Position numbers and translations under genes: made by a program. A stretch of 64,000 nt of DNA from Eimeria praecox (Eukaryota): assembly GCA_963920595.1 (NCBI GenBank), contig OY986948.1:4154001-4218000 (forward strand). Reading direction: 5' to 3'. The notes under the pieces were generated by a model. It saw nothing but the letters and a program-made list of their open reading frames with translations, did not search any database and was not told the origin of the DNA. Shown here in pieces: positions 62,791 through 64,000 of the stretch. Numbering within the stretch: the stretch's first letter is position 1; each line of letters opens with the position of its first letter.

Positions 62791-62869
62791 ATAGGTAGAG
62801 CTGGCATTGCTGCAGCGAGGGAAGGTGGTGAGGCTTTGGGCGACAGCGCGAAGCTGCGCGTATTGCTGC

Positions 62870-62900
<31 letters not shown>

Positions 62901-63565
62901 GTTGCTGCTGCTGCTGCTGCAGCTGTAGAGGAGTAAAGAACTGCTGCTTCGGATGCCCGAGACGAACTGTATCCTTCCACTCTCCTTCTGACCAGTGGTC
63001 AGATGACAGACACCTCAGTGGTGCTGCTGCTGCTGCTGCTGTTGCTGCTGTTGCTGCTGCTGTTGCTGTTGCTGCTGCTGCTGCTGTTGCTGCGTCTTGC
63101 CCTTCGCTTGTTTCGTATTCGCCTTCCTCTGTCTCACGCGATCTGTCGCTGGGCATGAGAGGCAGCAGCAGATGCTGTTGTTGCTGCTGCTGCTGCTGCT
63201 GCCTACTTGCTGCTGCTGCTGCTGCAGTGCCGCAGTGCCACTCTCCTAAAGAAAGCGTTCTGCTGTAGCCCATGAAGAAGCTGCTGCTCCTCCTCCCCAC
63301 AGCAGCAGCAGCAGCAGCAGCAGTATCAGCAGCAGCAGCAGCAGCACCATCATCCGCAGGAAGATGAGCAACAGTAGCAGCAGCAGCAGCAGCAGGAGCA
63401 GCAGCAGCAAGTGGCTCGACAGCAGCAGCGACTTCACTAAAACCAGCAGCAGACATTAACACATCTGCTTTGTCTTGCTGCTGTATTCCTTGATCTTGTA
63501 GCAGCAACAGCTGCTGCTGCTGCTGCTGCTGCTGCTCCTGCTGCTGCATCTCCTGTTGCTGCTGT

Positions 63566-63609
<44 letters not shown>

Positions 63610-64000
63610 CTGCTGCTGCACCTGTCCTCTGTATGAAGGCTGTCTGATGATTTCAGGCGGACAGCAATCTGCCTGCTGGTCTTGCTGCAGCAGCAGCTGC
63701 TGCTGCTGCTGCTGCTGCTGCTGCAACAGCTGCTGCTGCTGCTGCGGTTGGTGCAGCTGCTGTTGCTGCAGCAGCAGTTGCTGCAACGGCTGCTGTTGCT
63801 GTAGCTGATGCTGTTGCAGCTGCTGCTGCAATTGCTGTTGTTGTATCTGCTGCGGCTGCAACTGTTGCTGCTGTAGCTGCTGCTGCTGTAGCTGTTGCTG
63901 CTGTAGTTGCTGTTGCTGCTGTTGCTGTTGTTGCAGCTGCTGCTGCTGCAGCTGTTGCTGCTGTTGCTGCTGCAATTGCTGTTGGTGCTGCTGTTGCTGC
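61015..64000 (-). CDS. Partial Q-rich, probably disordered hypothetical protein (5' end outside window)
   Basis: Open frame of at least 986 codons running off the window edge, with non-repetitive islands (FFMGYSRTLSLGEWHCG, SSDHWSEGEWKDTVRLGHP, RWASINEIRVLQEQRVAALL). Confidence 0.55.

Overview
Eukaryotic, intron-rich, repeat-saturated DNA with the signature of an Eimeria-type coccidian (Apicomplexa) repeat-rich segment: pervasive (CAG)n giving poly-Q/A/S tracts, interstitial telomere-like (AAACCCT)n, (TGCA)n, (TAGC)n, (AT)n and (TTAA/TTTA)n. Most ORFs in the supplied track are artefacts of stop-free CAG/CTG runs. By manual splicing (GT-AG, phase-checked) I reconstruct: SufD (- strand, 85 to about 9977), a signal-peptide protein (+, from 11053), a single-exon PEX19-like gene ending in CRQQ (-, 16564-18732), a two-exon hypothetical (-, 20151-22198), ZC3H15/TMA46 (+, 23070-30090), a small Cys-rich putative secreted protein (-, 31703-33133), coatomer epsilon (+, 33801-38031), a roughly 22 kb divergent RME-8/DNAJC13-like gene (-), and a partial Q-rich ORF at the right edge. 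The most unusual structure is a 2.8 kb intronic higher-order array made of 19 copies of the host exon's own 3' end plus splice donor embedded in telomeric heptamers; older, degraded exon-boundary duplications also occur in the COPE introns. All protein identities are from recognised motifs by eye, not database searches.
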